Source of the DNA: Macrostomum lignano
Lineage: Eukaryota
Reading direction: 5' to 3'
Assembly: GCA_002269645.1 (NCBI GenBank)
Contig: NIVC01001098.1
Span: forward strand, 186,001-250,000
DNA: 64,000 nt
The notes below the pieces were generated by a model that ran no database searches, had not been told where the DNA came from, and was given only the letters and a program-made list of their open reading frames with translations. Numbering within the stretch: the stretch's first letter is position 1; each line of letters opens with the position of its first letter. The translations under genes were made by a program, and so were the position numbers. This document shows positions 23,713-35,200 of the stretch, piece after piece.

Positions 23713-26700
23713 CTAAAAGTTTAGTTTCTCTAATAGTTTCCATACAGTAGCAAGCTTTTTTAGATAACACTGGCATTTGACTGGCGGCCTAGTACGGCTG
23801 CGTGTGTTATATGGTTTAGTTTTATTACCCTCTTTGTCTGACGTACCCCCATTCTCAGTGTGGCCCGCGTGCGCGCCTTTTCCTTCCCCCTGTTCTGTTT
23901 CGCGTCTGTTATCGATCGTTACTTCTCCTCCCTCTCGCTCTGACCTCTCCATCTCCTCTTCCACTAGGCTCTCATGTTGCATATTATTTTCTATCTCAGC
24001 TCTTGACTCCACTTCCAACTCTGGTTCATTCTCATGTACCGATTGTTCATTTTCACGAATCTTGCAAAACCACTTCGGCTGTTCCTCATCAGAGCTTTCT
24101 TCTTCTAATTCGATAACTGGTTCCTCTAGTCTATTCTTTCTGGCGTGGCTTCCCTTGCTTGATTGTCCTACCTCCTGCTGATTTCTTTTATTTAAATGCT
24201 TAGCTTTCGTCTGGCTCTCCTTATTAATAATTTCTACTGTCTCAGCACTCTCCTGGCTTCCCTTATCTATTGGCTCTTTCACAGAGTTTGGCACTGGGGC
24301 CATGTTATCCCTATGTACTAATAACTTGTTGCCTACTAACTCGCCTTCTTCTTCTTTCTGAATCTTAAAAACTACTTCTGAGATTTGCTTAAGCACTCGA
24401 AAGGCGGCTCGCTTTTTCCTATGAAACTTATTAGATTCGTCAATGTTAAGTTGTGGATTATTAATTAGTACTAAACTTCCTACTTCGATAGCCTTTGGCT
24501 TTTTCTGATTCTCGGCGTCTGTCTGCCTTTTGTCATGCACTTTCTCAAACTTTTCCTTAACTATTTTTCTAGCACTCTCTAATCTCTCGGCATGTTCGGC
24601 TACATAGGTCGGATAATTAGCGTATTGGTTTGGCTCTCTAAGTTCGCTGTCTATGGGCAAAACTGCCTCTCTGCCAAACAATAAGAAATGCGGCGAATAG
24701 CCTGTAGTCTGATTAACGCTAGTTCTAACTGCGACTAAGGCTGCTGGAATTAATAGATCCCAATTGCTATGATCTTTCTCAATCAGGCATGTGACTATTG
24801 ATTTGACCTGCTTGTTAAATCTTTCAACTAAACCATTGCTCTGTGCGTGATATGGAGTTGTGAAAGTATGCTTCACATTGTACAACTCACAGAATGCACT
24901 AAATTGTTTGCTAGTGAATGCCTTGCCATTATCTGTGTGAATCCATTGGCATTGGCCATATTCACTAAATACTCTTTCTTGCAATAGTTTAATAATTGTG
25001 TCAGCTTTTTGATTGCGCATTGGAAATGCAAACGGATAGCGAGTATTGCTGTCTACTATTGTCAACACATACTGATGGCCTCTTTTGCTAATTTTTGAAA
25101 TTGGCCCTATCACATCTATGTGTAATCGGTGAAATGGCTCACTAATTGGAAATGACTGAATCGGAGCTTGCACTTTATGGCCTCTTTTGCTCTCTAAGCA
25201 TGGGATGCATTCTGCCACATGCTTTTCTACTGCGGCTACTAAGCCTGGTCTCCAAAATCTCTCTCTAACTCGCTGAACTGTTTTGTCTCTACCTAAATGT
25301 CCTGCTAGCGGGCTATCATGCAGATCGCTAAACACTAGCTTATCTAAAGATTTAGGCAAAACTATTTTCCAGATTCTTTCTTCTTCTATAGTCAACAGAT
25401 TTCTCTCTAACTTCATTTTCTCATATTTTCGTCTTAACTGCTTCAGTTCGACTGACTCATTTTTCTGAATTGGCGGGACTGACAGATTTTCTTGCTTCCA
25501 CTCTATTAGTGTGCAGATTGCTGTGTCTTCCCTCTGAGCTTTAACAATTTGCTCCTTCTTCAATGGTACTTGCAAGTAGTCAGTTAGTAGTTTTGTAACT
25601 TTAGGTATCTCACTCTCTCTGTGATCAGGTTCAGTGTCTCTGTTCTGTTGCGTTAAGCTTGAACTCGGTGCTGACACATCTTCTACCTTCGCACCTTCTA
25701 CTCCTGAAATGACTAATGACTTGATCCTAGACTCTGAGTCCTCGGGATGCGAAGTCTGCATCTCTCTTTCTCCTTCTTCTACTGTCTCGCCTACTGCAGC
25801 ATTCACGCTGTCTATCGGCTTCACGCCCTTTTCACTTTCACAGGCTTTCACGCCTTGCTCAATTTCGGTTGCCTCAGCTACTTCTGCCGGTCTTCTGGAC
25901 AAACTATCCGCGTTGGAATGTTTGGCACCGCTTCTATGCTCAATATCGAATTGAAATTCATTTAGGCGTTCCACCCATCGTCCTAGAATCCCTTGGGCCT
26001 CTGTTTGCCTTAACAACCATAAAATCGCCTTATGATCTGTGCGCGCTAAAAATCGCTTTCCTATCAGATAAAATCTAAAATGCTTCATTGCATCTACTAA
26101 CGCTAGCAACTCTTTTCTAGTTATTGGATAGCGCTTCTCTGTTTCTTTCATAGCCCGACTGAAATATGCTATAGGCCTCTCGATGCCATCTGACTGGATT
26201 TGGCCTAGGCAGGCCCCTATGCGTCCATCACTAGCATCAGTGTCTAAGACCATTCTAACATTCTCATCGTCTACAAACTCCGGATAGGCTAACACTTCTG
26301 TTGACATCATTCTTTTCTTAAGCTCTTCAAATGCTTCATCATGAGCTCTAGTCCACTTTGCCTGAAAGTTCTGCACTCCTTTCCTAGTTAGTTGAAATAA
26401 CGGATGTGCAGCCTCAGCATAATTCTTAACAAAGCGACTATAATAATTGCATAATCCTAAGAAACTTCTTAGCTCTTTTACATCCTTTGGCTTTGGCCAG
26501 CTCCTAATGGCTTCTATTTTAGCTTCATCAGTCCTAATTCCTTCTCTTCCAATTACATGGCCTAAATATTTTAGTTCGCTATGAAATAGGTTGCACCTTT
26601 TAGCTCTTAGTTTCAGTCCTGCACTAATTAGTCTTTTAAATACCTCCTTAAGGTGTTCTAAATGATCTTCGAACTGCTTAGAATAGGTCACTATATCATC

Positions 26701-28458
26701 TATGTATGACATGGCATATTTATGCTGAATGCCTGCTAACACTAGATTCATAAGCCTTTGAAAAGTACCTGGGGCATTAGATAAGCCCTGAGCCATAACT
26801 TGATACTCAAACTGACCTCTTGTTAATGTTGAAAATGCAGTCATAAACTTGTGTTCCTCTTTTATCGGAACTTGCCAATAACCAGAATTCAGGTCAAGGC
26901 TACTAAAATACTGACTGCCTGTTAAGTTTGAAAATGTCTCCTGAATATTTGGTAGCGGATACGGAAAATAGTTCACTCGTGAATTCAGCACTCTAAAATC
27001 ACTGACTATTCGAATAGTACCATCTTTCTTTGGTACGATCACTAGAGGTGTTGAATAAGTCGAATAGCATGGCCTAATTAAGTTCTTAGCTAACATGTCA
27101 TCTAGCTGAGCATCTACCTGTTTCTGCAGATGAGGGGGAATCCTTCTAGTCGGAATCCTAACAGGTGTCTCATCCCTTAGTGAGATCTCATGCGTGACTA
27201 ATGATGTTAAGCCCATATCTAGATCATGTTGAGAGAAGGCCTCTCTATGCTCTTTTACGAGCTGAATCACCCTATCTCTCTGTTCTGCTGTCAAATCTTC
27301 ACTAATATCTATTTCGCTAATCCAAGTTTCACTTGTAGATTGCGTTTGATTGACACGTCCGGTGATTGGCTGATCTGACGGCACGGTTTGATCTACTTCC
27401 TTATTCATGTAAGTGAGCTCTCTAGCCCTGATTGGCTTAGCTAAACCTACTAAGGTTGATTTTGGTAATTTCACTTCCACCGTGCTTTGATTCACTACTT
27501 CTACTATGGCTACGCCATCGCGCATAGTAACTAAGGTCGGATTCATTTCTACTGTCTCTGTCTTAGTCCTAATACTACTTCCAATAGTCTCAATAGTCAT
27601 TGGCGTGCCATAATTGGCTTCTGAATTTTTGGCTAATCTCACTGGGATTCGCAGTGCGCTATTAGGCGGAACTACTGCCCTCTCCTGAGTATATACTCGG
27701 CAAACTTTTACTGGCAAATGAGTATACTGCATGGGAATACAAGTCCCCTCTTTTAAAATTAACATGCCTTTTGCTAATTGAATGCTTTCACAGCGATTTT
27801 TAAAGAATTCCATGCCTAGTATGTTGTCACAATCGTGGCTGCAGAGTAGGAATTCTATTTCTAATTCTAAATCTCCGAACTGCACTAAAGTACTCGCTTC
27901 TCCTTCTAATTTCACTGTAGTTCCATCAAATGTGGAAACTCTCCTACTTGTTTCTCTAATCTGACTCGGCTCGAATACTTTTGACCAAACTGATCTACTT
28001 AGAAAATTATTTTGAGCGCCTGTGTCTATTAGAAAGTCTACTTCTTGATTATCGATACTGCCTACTACTATTGCTTCATAGCCTGTCTGGTTTACTAATT
28101 CAACTTTTGGTTTCGGAAAAACCTTTTGCTTAACTATTTTCTTAGGCTTTGGCTGGCGAAAATCGGATTCGGACTCTTTTTCTACTACTGGTGCTAAATT
28201 TTCAGTAGCATAAGCAGGATTGACACATGATGATGCGGCTGGTGCATACGCATGAGGTGCTGACGCAGAATAAGTGGAAATTGGTGCTGGTGCAAACGCA
28301 TTATTTACATGCACACCACCTATGTGTCTTTTTCGCATTGGGACAGTTCGCCAACCTTCACTATCTACACTATATTTACAATTAGAGGCCTTCATTTTGT
28401 ACTCATTTCTCCTAGAGGGTCGTGGCCTCTCATGCCACCCTCTGTACTCTAGTTTCCC
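23713..28458 (-). CDS. pol: Pol polyprotein (protease, RT, RNase H, integrase), entered by -1 frameshift; copy 1
   Basis: FLIDTGA protease; YIDDI RT; LDTDASD and TDH RNase H; HDSPLAGHLG...CIPC zinc finger; IDVIGP, TDNGKAF, NGLVERFN integrase core; no chromodomain. Confidence 0.97.
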   Translation of the reverse strand, partial: GKLEYRGWHERPRPSRRNEYKMKASNCKYSVDSEGWRTVPMRKRHIGGVHVNNAFAPAPISTYSASAPHAYAPAASSCVNPAYATENLAPVVEKESESDFRQPKPKKIVKQKVFPKPKVELVNQTGYEAIVVGSIDNQEVDFLIDTGAQNNFLSRSVWSKVFEPSQIRETSRRVSTFDGTTVKLEGEASTLVQFGDLELEIEFLLCSHDCDNILGMEFFKNRCESIQLAKGMLILKEGTCIPMQYTHLPVKVCRVYTQERAVVPPNSALRIPVRLAKNSEANYGTPMTIETIGSSIRTKTETVEMNPTLVTMRDGVAIVEVVNQSTVEVKLPKSTLVGLAKPIRARELTYMNKEVDQTVPSDQPITGRVNQTQSTSETWISEIDISEDLTAEQRDRVIQLVKEHREAFSQHDLDMGLTSLVTHEISLRDETPVRIPTRRIPPHLQKQVDAQLDDMLAKNLIRPCYSTYSTPLVIVPKKDGTIRIVSDFRVLNSRVNYFPYPLPNIQETFSNLTGSQYFSSLDLNSGYWQVPIKEEHKFMTAFSTLTRGQFEYQVMAQGLSNAPGTFQRLMNLVLAGIQHKYAMSYIDDIVTYSKQFEDHLEHLKEVFKRLISAGLKLRAKRCNLFHSELKYLGHVIGREGIRTDEAKIEAIRSWPKPKDVKELRSFLGLCNYYSRFVKNYAEAAHPLFQLTRKGVQNFQAKWTRAHDEAFEELKKRMMSTEVLAYPEFVDDENVRMVLDTDASDGRIGACLGQIQSDGIERPIAYFSRAMKETEKRYPITRKELLALVDAMKHFRFYLIGKRFLARTDHKAILWLLRQTEAQGILGRWVERLNEFQFDIEHRSGAKHSNADSLSRRPAEVAEATEIEQGVKACESEKGVKPIDSVNAAVGETVEEGEREMQTSHPEDSESRIKSLVISGVEGAKVEDVSAPSSSLTQQNRDTEPDHRESEIPKVTKLLTDYLQVPLKKEQIVKAQREDTAICTLIEWKQENLSVPPIQKNESVELKQLRRKYEKMKLERNLLTIEEERIWKIVLPKSLDKLVFSDLHDSPLAGHLGRDKTVQRVRERFWRPGLVAAVEKHVAECIPCLESKRGHKVQAPIQSFPISEPFHRLHIDVIGPISKISKRGHQYVLTIVDSNTRYPFAFPMRNQKADTIIKLLQERVFSEYGQCQWIHTDNGKAFTSKQFSAFCELYNVKHTFTTPYHAQSNGLVERFNKQVKSIVTCLIEKDHSNWDLLIPAALVAVRTSVNQTTGYSPHFLLFGREAVLPIDSELREPNQYANYPTYVAEHAERLESARKIVKEKFEKVHDKRQTDAENQKKPKAIEVGSLVLINNPQLNIDESNKFHRKKRAAFRVLKQISEVVFKIQKEEEGELVGNKLLVHRDNMAPVPNSVKEPIDKGSQESAETVEIINKESQTKAKHLNKRNQQEVGQSSKGSHARKNRLEEPVIELEEESSDEEQPKWFCKIRENEQSVHENEPELEVESRAEIENNMQHESLVEEEMERSEREGGEVTIDNRRETEQGEGKGAHAGHTENGGTSDKEGNKTKPYNTRSRTRPPVKCQCYLKKLATVWKLLEKLNF
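28414..28458 (-). promoter_or_regulatory. Programmed -1 ribosomal frameshift signal (copy 2 at 36990-37034)
   Basis: G GGA AAC heptamer directly before the gag TAG; pol is in the -1 frame; hairpin AGAGG-GTGGC-ATGAGAG-GCCAC-GAC-CCTCT begins 8 nt downstream. Confidence 0.8.
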
Positions 28459-29393
28459 TGTTTGCGATTCACGCGGCACTGGTGACCTATACCAGGCCTT
28501 ATTGAGCCGGGTTGCTGGCAAATTGCACACCTTCCTGGCTGCGGCGAATAGGAGCGAATCGGAAACTCTCTCCTAGGTCTAGGCTGATAATATGCCGAAA
28601 CTCTCGGCTGAAATGCCGGTTGCTGCTGATAATTCTGTCGCGGCATCTGAGCTGGGCATGGCTGCGGTCTAGCCATAGGTGGTGGCTTGTGCGCCATCAG
28701 CTCCTGAATCAGCTTTTTCTGTTGCTCTAACTCATTCTTCTGCTGCTGAACTAAATCTTGGAGCTTCTTCTCTTGCTCTCCTTCTCCCTCTTTCATCATC
28801 CTAACACCTCCTTTGTGCGATAGTTGCCATGCGGCTTCAATTCGCCTTAGCATTCGCCTAGCTTCCTGCAAATTCGCTGGCTGAGCAAAGATTAACTTCT
28901 CCCTAGTATCTGGCGGAATCCTAACTCCTTTGATAAACTGCTCAACTATCTCTTCCTCTCGCTGCTCTGCATTCATGTTCGGGAAGGCTCTATCTGATAG
29001 CTCGATCAGCGCATCAGCATAAGCGTCTTTCGACTCATTCCTTCCTTGCATTCTGCCTCTAAACTCTTCCCTAAATTCTGACGCATTTCCTATTCTACCG
29101 AATCTCTCGATCAAGTGCTCCTTGAATTCTTCATATCCTAGATCTTCTGGCAGATTAAGTCGCTGTACAGCGGCGAACGCTGTTGCTAGGTCTAGATTAG
29201 CTAATAGCTCAGTTTTCCTATGATTCTCCTCGATTCCTTCTGATTCACACCTCTGATCAAAAGCTGTCAACCAGATCCTAATGTCTTGGCTTGGCGTGTA
29301 CTTCTGAATTCTCACATGCCTCGCTGGTCCTATTTCTAAACGATTCCTAAGTTCTTCAGCTAGTAGCGCTAATGCGTCATTAATTCCTGCCAT
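28449..29393 (-). CDS. gag: Gag, 314 aa, copy 1
   Basis: Retrotransposon-gag-like helical region (WLTAFDQRC, EEFKEHLIERFG, QGRNESKDAYADAL) located after the PBS. Confidence 0.93.
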   Translation of the reverse strand: MAGINDALALLAEELRNRLEIGPARHVRIQKYTPSQDIRIWLTAFDQRCESEGIEENHRKTELLANLDLATAFAAVQRLNLPEDLGYEEFKEHLIERFGRIGNASEFREEFRGRMQGRNESKDAYADALIELSDRAFPNMNAEQREEEIVEQFIKGVRIPPDTREKLIFAQPANLQEARRMLRRIEAAWQLSHKGGVRMMKEGEGEQEKKLQDLVQQQKNELEQQKKLIQELMAHKPPPMARPQPCPAQMPRQNYQQQPAFQPRVSAYYQPRPRREFPIRSYSPQPGRCAICQQPGSIRPGIGHQCRVNRKQGN

Positions 29394-29439
29394 TTTTCAC
29401 TTATCTAGTTAGCTTTCCGCTAGTTTCTTGATCCCTTTA

Positions 29440-29450
29440 CGCTGCCACCA
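29440..29450 (-). promoter_or_regulatory. Primer binding site, tRNA-Leu type (copy 2 at 38016-38026)
   Basis: TGGTGGCAGCG 3 nt after the LTR end; complementary to the recalled eukaryotic tRNA-Leu 3' end CGCUGCCACCA. Confidence 0.8.
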
Positions 29451-29453
29451 AGT

Positions 29454-30455
29454 TGTGCCAGTTCTCTCTCCTCTACCTCTCACTCTGCTACCCTCTGTGT
29501 TAGGCCTTAGGGTTCCTACTGAAATTATCTCACCAATTTGCTGCTGTCCTTTAGTTCTAATTTCTTTATTCTATAAATTGTCACTAATATATCTACTTTG
29601 AGTAGCGTTGGCAGCCCTAAATTATTACTTTTTCCTAGAAACTTCTAATTTCACACGATTTCCTAGAAACCTTGTGATAGCGTGTAGTGCCCGAGCGGTA
29701 AGACACTGTCTAATCCTTAATTCAGTCCAAAAGTATAGCGTCTTCCGGGGACCAAGGGTGTCCAGCGGTAGCTAATCCACTTCCCTAATACCTAATCTCT
29801 TAATGTGTAATGCTTATTATTAGCCTGTATGGCTTTCTTTGGATCTATACGATCTCGATCTCCCTGTCCAAATTTCTGTTATTGGGTCTCCACGACCTCT
29901 GGTTTCCCTATCTAGAGTCCTGGTTTTGGGTCTCCACGACCTCTGGTTTCCCTATCTAGAATCCTGGTTTTGGGTCTCCACGACCTCTGGTTTCCCTATC
30001 TAGAATCCTGGTTTTGGGTCTCCACGACCTCTGGTTTCCCTATCTAGAATCCTGGTTTTGGGTCTCCACGACCTCTGGTTTCCCTATCTAGAATCCTGGT
30101 TTTGGGTCTCCACGACCTCTGGTTTCCCTATCTAGTGAAAGAAATAACGAGATAAGTCTTAGCCAAATTTAGATTTGTTTCGCTAAAAGATTCTCGCAAG
30201 TGGCTGAAGGCAAAAATTGAGAACGATCGCCGAGGAAGAAGTTATATTTTTTTAGTGTCAACCTAATTCCTTATATACAGAAAATTTGGGGAAGGTGGGA
30301 CGCATTTTAACAATCACTAAAATTATAACAAAAGAATTCGATTTGTTTGGGGAATTTAAACAAATGGGGAAGAAAATTTCTGATTGGCTATGATTAAAAC
30401 TCGGGTTTAACTACTGTTATAAGTAATATACATAGTTTATAAAGATTCTGCCTCA
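29454..30455 (-). repeat. Shared middle LTR (1002 bp, six 44-bp repeats)
   Basis: PBS on one side and PPT on the other. Confidence 0.95.
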
Positions 30456-31099
30456 ACTGGCTTCCCTATTTTAAATTTTTCGAATAATTGTTTGAGTGAG
30501 AAAAATTTAACATAATATTAACATAATATTAGAAGTAGAATATGGGCAAAAGAACATGTTAGGAATAAATACGGTGAACAATACAGACATTAATATGAAG
30601 TACACGCTAAGTAATTAATGTACATGAGCATGTGGACAAATAGGTAATGACCAGGGAAGCAATATAAATAGTGATTATGAACCGGTGCGTAAAAATACAT
30701 ATTAGCACAAGCAATAGAGCAACATACATATGAGCAATGGATATTTGGCGTGAACAAATGAGTAAATGTATGATTTAGCATGAGTAAATGTACATGGCTT
30801 GGCATGATTAAGCACGAGCGAATGAATAAATGTACATATTAGGATGATTAAGCATGAGCGAATGAATAAATGTACATGGTTTGGCATGATTAAGCACGAG
30901 CGAATGAATAAATATACATATTAATATGATTAAGTGTTACTAGGACTTAGCCAGAAAGCAAAATTGTCTTACTTAATCAATTCATATTAAACTCTAGCGG
31001 AAGGCTGTCCTCAACTGGCCAACCGAGATCGGCGGCCATCCAACACACCTCGAACCTGAGTTGCAGCTGCTGGTAGGCCCAGCCTGCCTGATGGATGGT

Positions 31100-32065
31100 C
31101 TACAGCGCATACCAAACTGCTCGGCGCCAAGCGGCAATGCTTTCTTCATAGCTAAATTCTCGGCGTAGAGCTTTGATCGTCTCCTTTGGTTCGCCGGCCT
31201 GTGGCATGAACCCTCGCCCATCCAGGCGGAGCAGGGCTACGCGGCACAAATAATTCTTCAATTGGCCGATCAGATACTTGTAATAGTCATGGCGCTGCCT
31301 TGGGATAGATGACAGTACTGCCGAAAAATTGGCGCCCAATTGCATCTGAGATTGTTGACGGGCTGGTTGCGTCGTACGCCGATATTCCGGCGTGGCGGGC
31401 AGTCCCTGCTGAAGGCTCTCAGTAGATACTTCCGTCTGCTGCCGCGGCATTCTTGCGGTTGTCGACATAGCTGTCTGTGGCATGGAAAGCCTGGTTGCCG
31501 TAGAAATTTGCTGCTGCTGTTGCGGCTCCTGTCTGGGGAGGATTGTTCGCTGTCGTTTGGCGATGATGTGCTGGGTAGCTGTAGCGCCTTCAGGCTGCCG
31601 CTTGATGATGGCCTGGCTGACCTCTACAGGCTTTTCTGCCTGCCTTTTGAGTAGAGCGGCCCGAGCCCCTGGCTCATGCGGCACAAGCTGTTTAGCCGGT
31701 CTGATGACAATTGACTTCAATCTCTGAGTGGGTCTCGATGACGAGGCCGTTACTTCACTTGCCGCTTCCTGTTTGCTGTCTAGATGCTGGGCGTATACCG
31801 CCTCCTGCTGGCTGTTGTGGGCGTACACCGCCTCTGATTTGCTGCTGCTGACTTGGTGGGCGTATACCGCCTCACTCTGGTCACTGTTGTGCGCTCCTTG
31901 ACTATCGCTGGCGTATACCGCCTTCTGCTGGTTGCCTAGCTGGCCATTTTCCGCTTCTTTCGGCCTATCTGTGTCCTGGGCATCTACTGCCTCCTCTTCC
32001 TGACACAAATCTACTGTAAAACTGGCTAATAGCTGATCGAATGCCTCAGCATCAAAGTCTTCCAT
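31100..32065 (-). CDS. Accessory ORF3, copy 2
   Basis: Translation identical to 22524-23489. Confidence 0.8.
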   Translation of the reverse strand: MEDFDAEAFDQLLASFTVDLCQEEEAVDAQDTDRPKEAENGQLGNQQKAVYASDSQGAHNSDQSEAVYAHQVSSSKSEAVYAHNSQQEAVYAQHLDSKQEAASEVTASSSRPTQRLKSIVIRPAKQLVPHEPGARAALLKRQAEKPVEVSQAIIKRQPEGATATQHIIAKRQRTILPRQEPQQQQQISTATRLSMPQTAMSTTARMPRQQTEVSTESLQQGLPATPEYRRTTQPARQQSQMQLGANFSAVLSSIPRQRHDYYKYLIGQLKNYLCRVALLRLDGRGFMPQAGEPKETIKALRREFSYEESIAAWRRAVWYAL

Positions 32066-32288
32066 TGTAATGCTTTGGTTTTTAAGTTTTGGCTAACTCT
32101 GGATTCTAGTTCTGGTTTTTATCCTAGTCTTTCTCCTGGCTCTGTGTGCCCTTTTTATATAAATTGTGTCCCCCCCTCATTGAGTTTATTTCAACAAATT
32201 TAACTTGTTTTAATCTATGTAAATTATCTTATTGGCTCTTGCGCAATAAACACTTGATTTAAACCGTAACTGACTTCCTATTGGCTAG

Positions 32289-35200
32289 CTAAAAGTTTAG
32301 TTTCTCTAATAGTTTCCATACAGTAGCAAGCTTTTTTAGATAACACTGGCATTTGACTGGCGGCCTAGTACGGCTGCGTGTGTTATATGGTTTAGTTTTA
32401 TTACCCTCTTTGTCTGACGTACCCCCATTCTCAGTGTGGCCCGCGTGCGCGCCTTTTCCTTCCCCCTGTTCTGTTTCGCGTCTGTTATCGATCGTTACTT
32501 CTCCTCCCTCTCGCTCTGACCTCTCCATCTCCTCTTCCACTAGGCTCTCATGTTGCATATTATTTTCTATCTCAGCTCTTGACTCCACTTCCAACTCTGG
32601 TTCATTCTCATGTACCGATTGTTCATTTTCACGAATCTTGCAAAACCACTTCGGCTGTTCCTCATCAGAGCTTTCTTCTTCTAATTCGATAACTGGTTCC
32701 TCTAGTCTATTCTTTCTGGCGTGGCTTCCCTTGCTTGATTGTCCTACCTCCTGCTGATTTCTTTTATTTAAATGCTTAGCTTTCGTCTGGCTCTCCTTAT
32801 TAATAATTTCTACTGTCTCAGCACTCTCCTGGCTTCCCTTATCTATTGGCTCTTTCACAGAGTTTGGCACTGGGGCCATGTTATCCCTATGTACTAATAA
32901 CTTGTTGCCTACTAACTCGCCTTCTTCTTCTTTCTGAATCTTAAAAACTACTTCTGAGATTTGCTTAAGCACTCGAAAGGCGGCTCGCTTTTTCCTATGA
33001 AACTTATTAGATTCGTCAATGTTAAGTTGTGGATTATTAATTAGTACTAAACTTCCTACTTCGATAGCCTTTGGCTTTTTCTGATTCTCGGCGTCTGTCT
33101 GCCTTTTGTCATGCACTTTCTCAAACTTTTCCTTAACTATTTTTCTAGCACTCTCTAATCTCTCGGCATGTTCGGCTACATAGGTCGGATAATTAGCGTA
33201 TTGGTTTGGCTCTCTAAGTTCGCTGTCTATGGGCAAAACTGCCTCTCTGCCAAACAATAAGAAATGCGGCGAATAGCCTGTAGTCTGATTAACGCTAGTT
33301 CTAACTGCGACTAAGGCTGCTGGAATTAATAGATCCCAATTGCTATGATCTTTCTCAATCAGGCATGTGACTATTGATTTGACCTGCTTGTTAAATCTTT
33401 CAACTAAACCATTGCTCTGTGCGTGATATGGAGTTGTGAAAGTATGCTTCACATTGTACAACTCACAGAATGCACTAAATTGTTTGCTAGTGAATGCCTT
33501 GCCATTATCTGTGTGAATCCATTGGCATTGGCCATATTCACTAAATACTCTTTCTTGCAATAGTTTAATAATTGTGTCAGCTTTTTGATTGCGCATTGGA
33601 AATGCAAACGGATAGCGAGTATTGCTGTCTACTATTGTCAACACATACTGATGGCCTCTTTTGCTAATTTTTGAAATTGGCCCTATCACATCTATGTGTA
33701 ATCGGTGAAATGGCTCACTAATTGGAAATGACTGAATCGGAGCTTGCACTTTATGGCCTCTTTTGCTCTCTAAGCATGGGATGCATTCTGCCACATGCTT
33801 TTCTACTGCGGCTACTAAGCCTGGTCTCCAAAATCTCTCTCTAACTCGCTGAACTGTTTTGTCTCTACCTAAATGTCCTGCTAGCGGGCTATCATGCAGA
33901 TCGCTAAACACTAGCTTATCTAAAGATTTAGGCAAAACTATTTTCCAGATTCTTTCTTCTTCTATAGTCAACAGATTTCTCTCTAACTTCATTTTCTCAT
34001 ATTTTCGTCTTAACTGCTTCAGTTCGACTGACTCATTTTTCTGAATTGGCGGGACTGACAGATTTTCTTGCTTCCACTCTATTAGTGTGCAGATTGCTGT
34101 GTCTTCCCTCTGAGCTTTAACAATTTGCTCCTTCTTCAATGGTACTTGCAAGTAGTCAGTTAGTAGTTTTGTAACTTTAGGTATCTCACTCTCTCTGTGA
34201 TCAGGTTCAGTGTCTCTGTTCTGTTGCGTTAAGCTTGAACTCGGTGCTGACACATCTTCTACCTTCGCACCTTCTACTCCTGAAATGACTAATGACTTGA
34301 TCCTAGACTCTGAGTCCTCGGGATGCGAAGTCTGCATCTCTCTTTCTCCTTCTTCTACTGTCTCGCCTACTGCAGCATTCACGCTGTCTATCGGCTTCAC
34401 GCCCTTTTCACTTTCACAGGCTTTCACGCCTTGCTCAATTTCGGTTGCCTCAGCTACTTCTGCCGGTCTTCTGGACAAACTATCCGCGTTGGAATGTTTG
34501 GCACCGCTTCTATGCTCAATATCGAATTGAAATTCATTTAGGCGTTCCACCCATCGTCCTAGAATCCCTTGGGCCTCTGTTTGCCTTAACAACCATAAAA
34601 TCGCCTTATGATCTGTGCGCGCTAAAAATCGCTTTCCTATCAGATAAAATCTAAAATGCTTCATTGCATCTACTAACGCTAGCAACTCTTTTCTAGTTAT
34701 TGGATAGCGCTTCTCTGTTTCTTTCATAGCCCGACTGAAATATGCTATAGGCCTCTCGATGCCATCTGACTGGATTTGGCCTAGGCAGGCCCCTATGCGT
34801 CCATCACTAGCATCAGTGTCTAAGACCATTCTAACATTCTCATCGTCTACAAACTCCGGATAGGCTAACACTTCTGTTGACATCATTCTTTTCTTAAGCT
34901 CTTCAAATGCTTCATCATGAGCTCTAGTCCACTTTGCCTGAAAGTTCTGCACTCCTTTCCTAGTTAGTTGAAATAACGGATGTGCAGCCTCAGCATAATT
35001 CTTAACAAAGCGACTATAATAATTGCATAATCCTAAGAAACTTCTTAGCTCTTTTACATCCTTTGGCTTTGGCCAGCTCCTAATGGCTTCTATTTTAGCT
35101 TCATCAGTCCTAATTCCTTCTCTTCCAATTACATGGCCTAAATATTTTAGTTCGCTATGAAATAGGTTGCACCTTTTAGCTCTTAGTTTCAGTCCTGCAC

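Noticed and set aside
23777-28730. Short antisense ORFs overlapping gag and pol
   Set aside because: Expected shadows of the coding strand; no features of their own.
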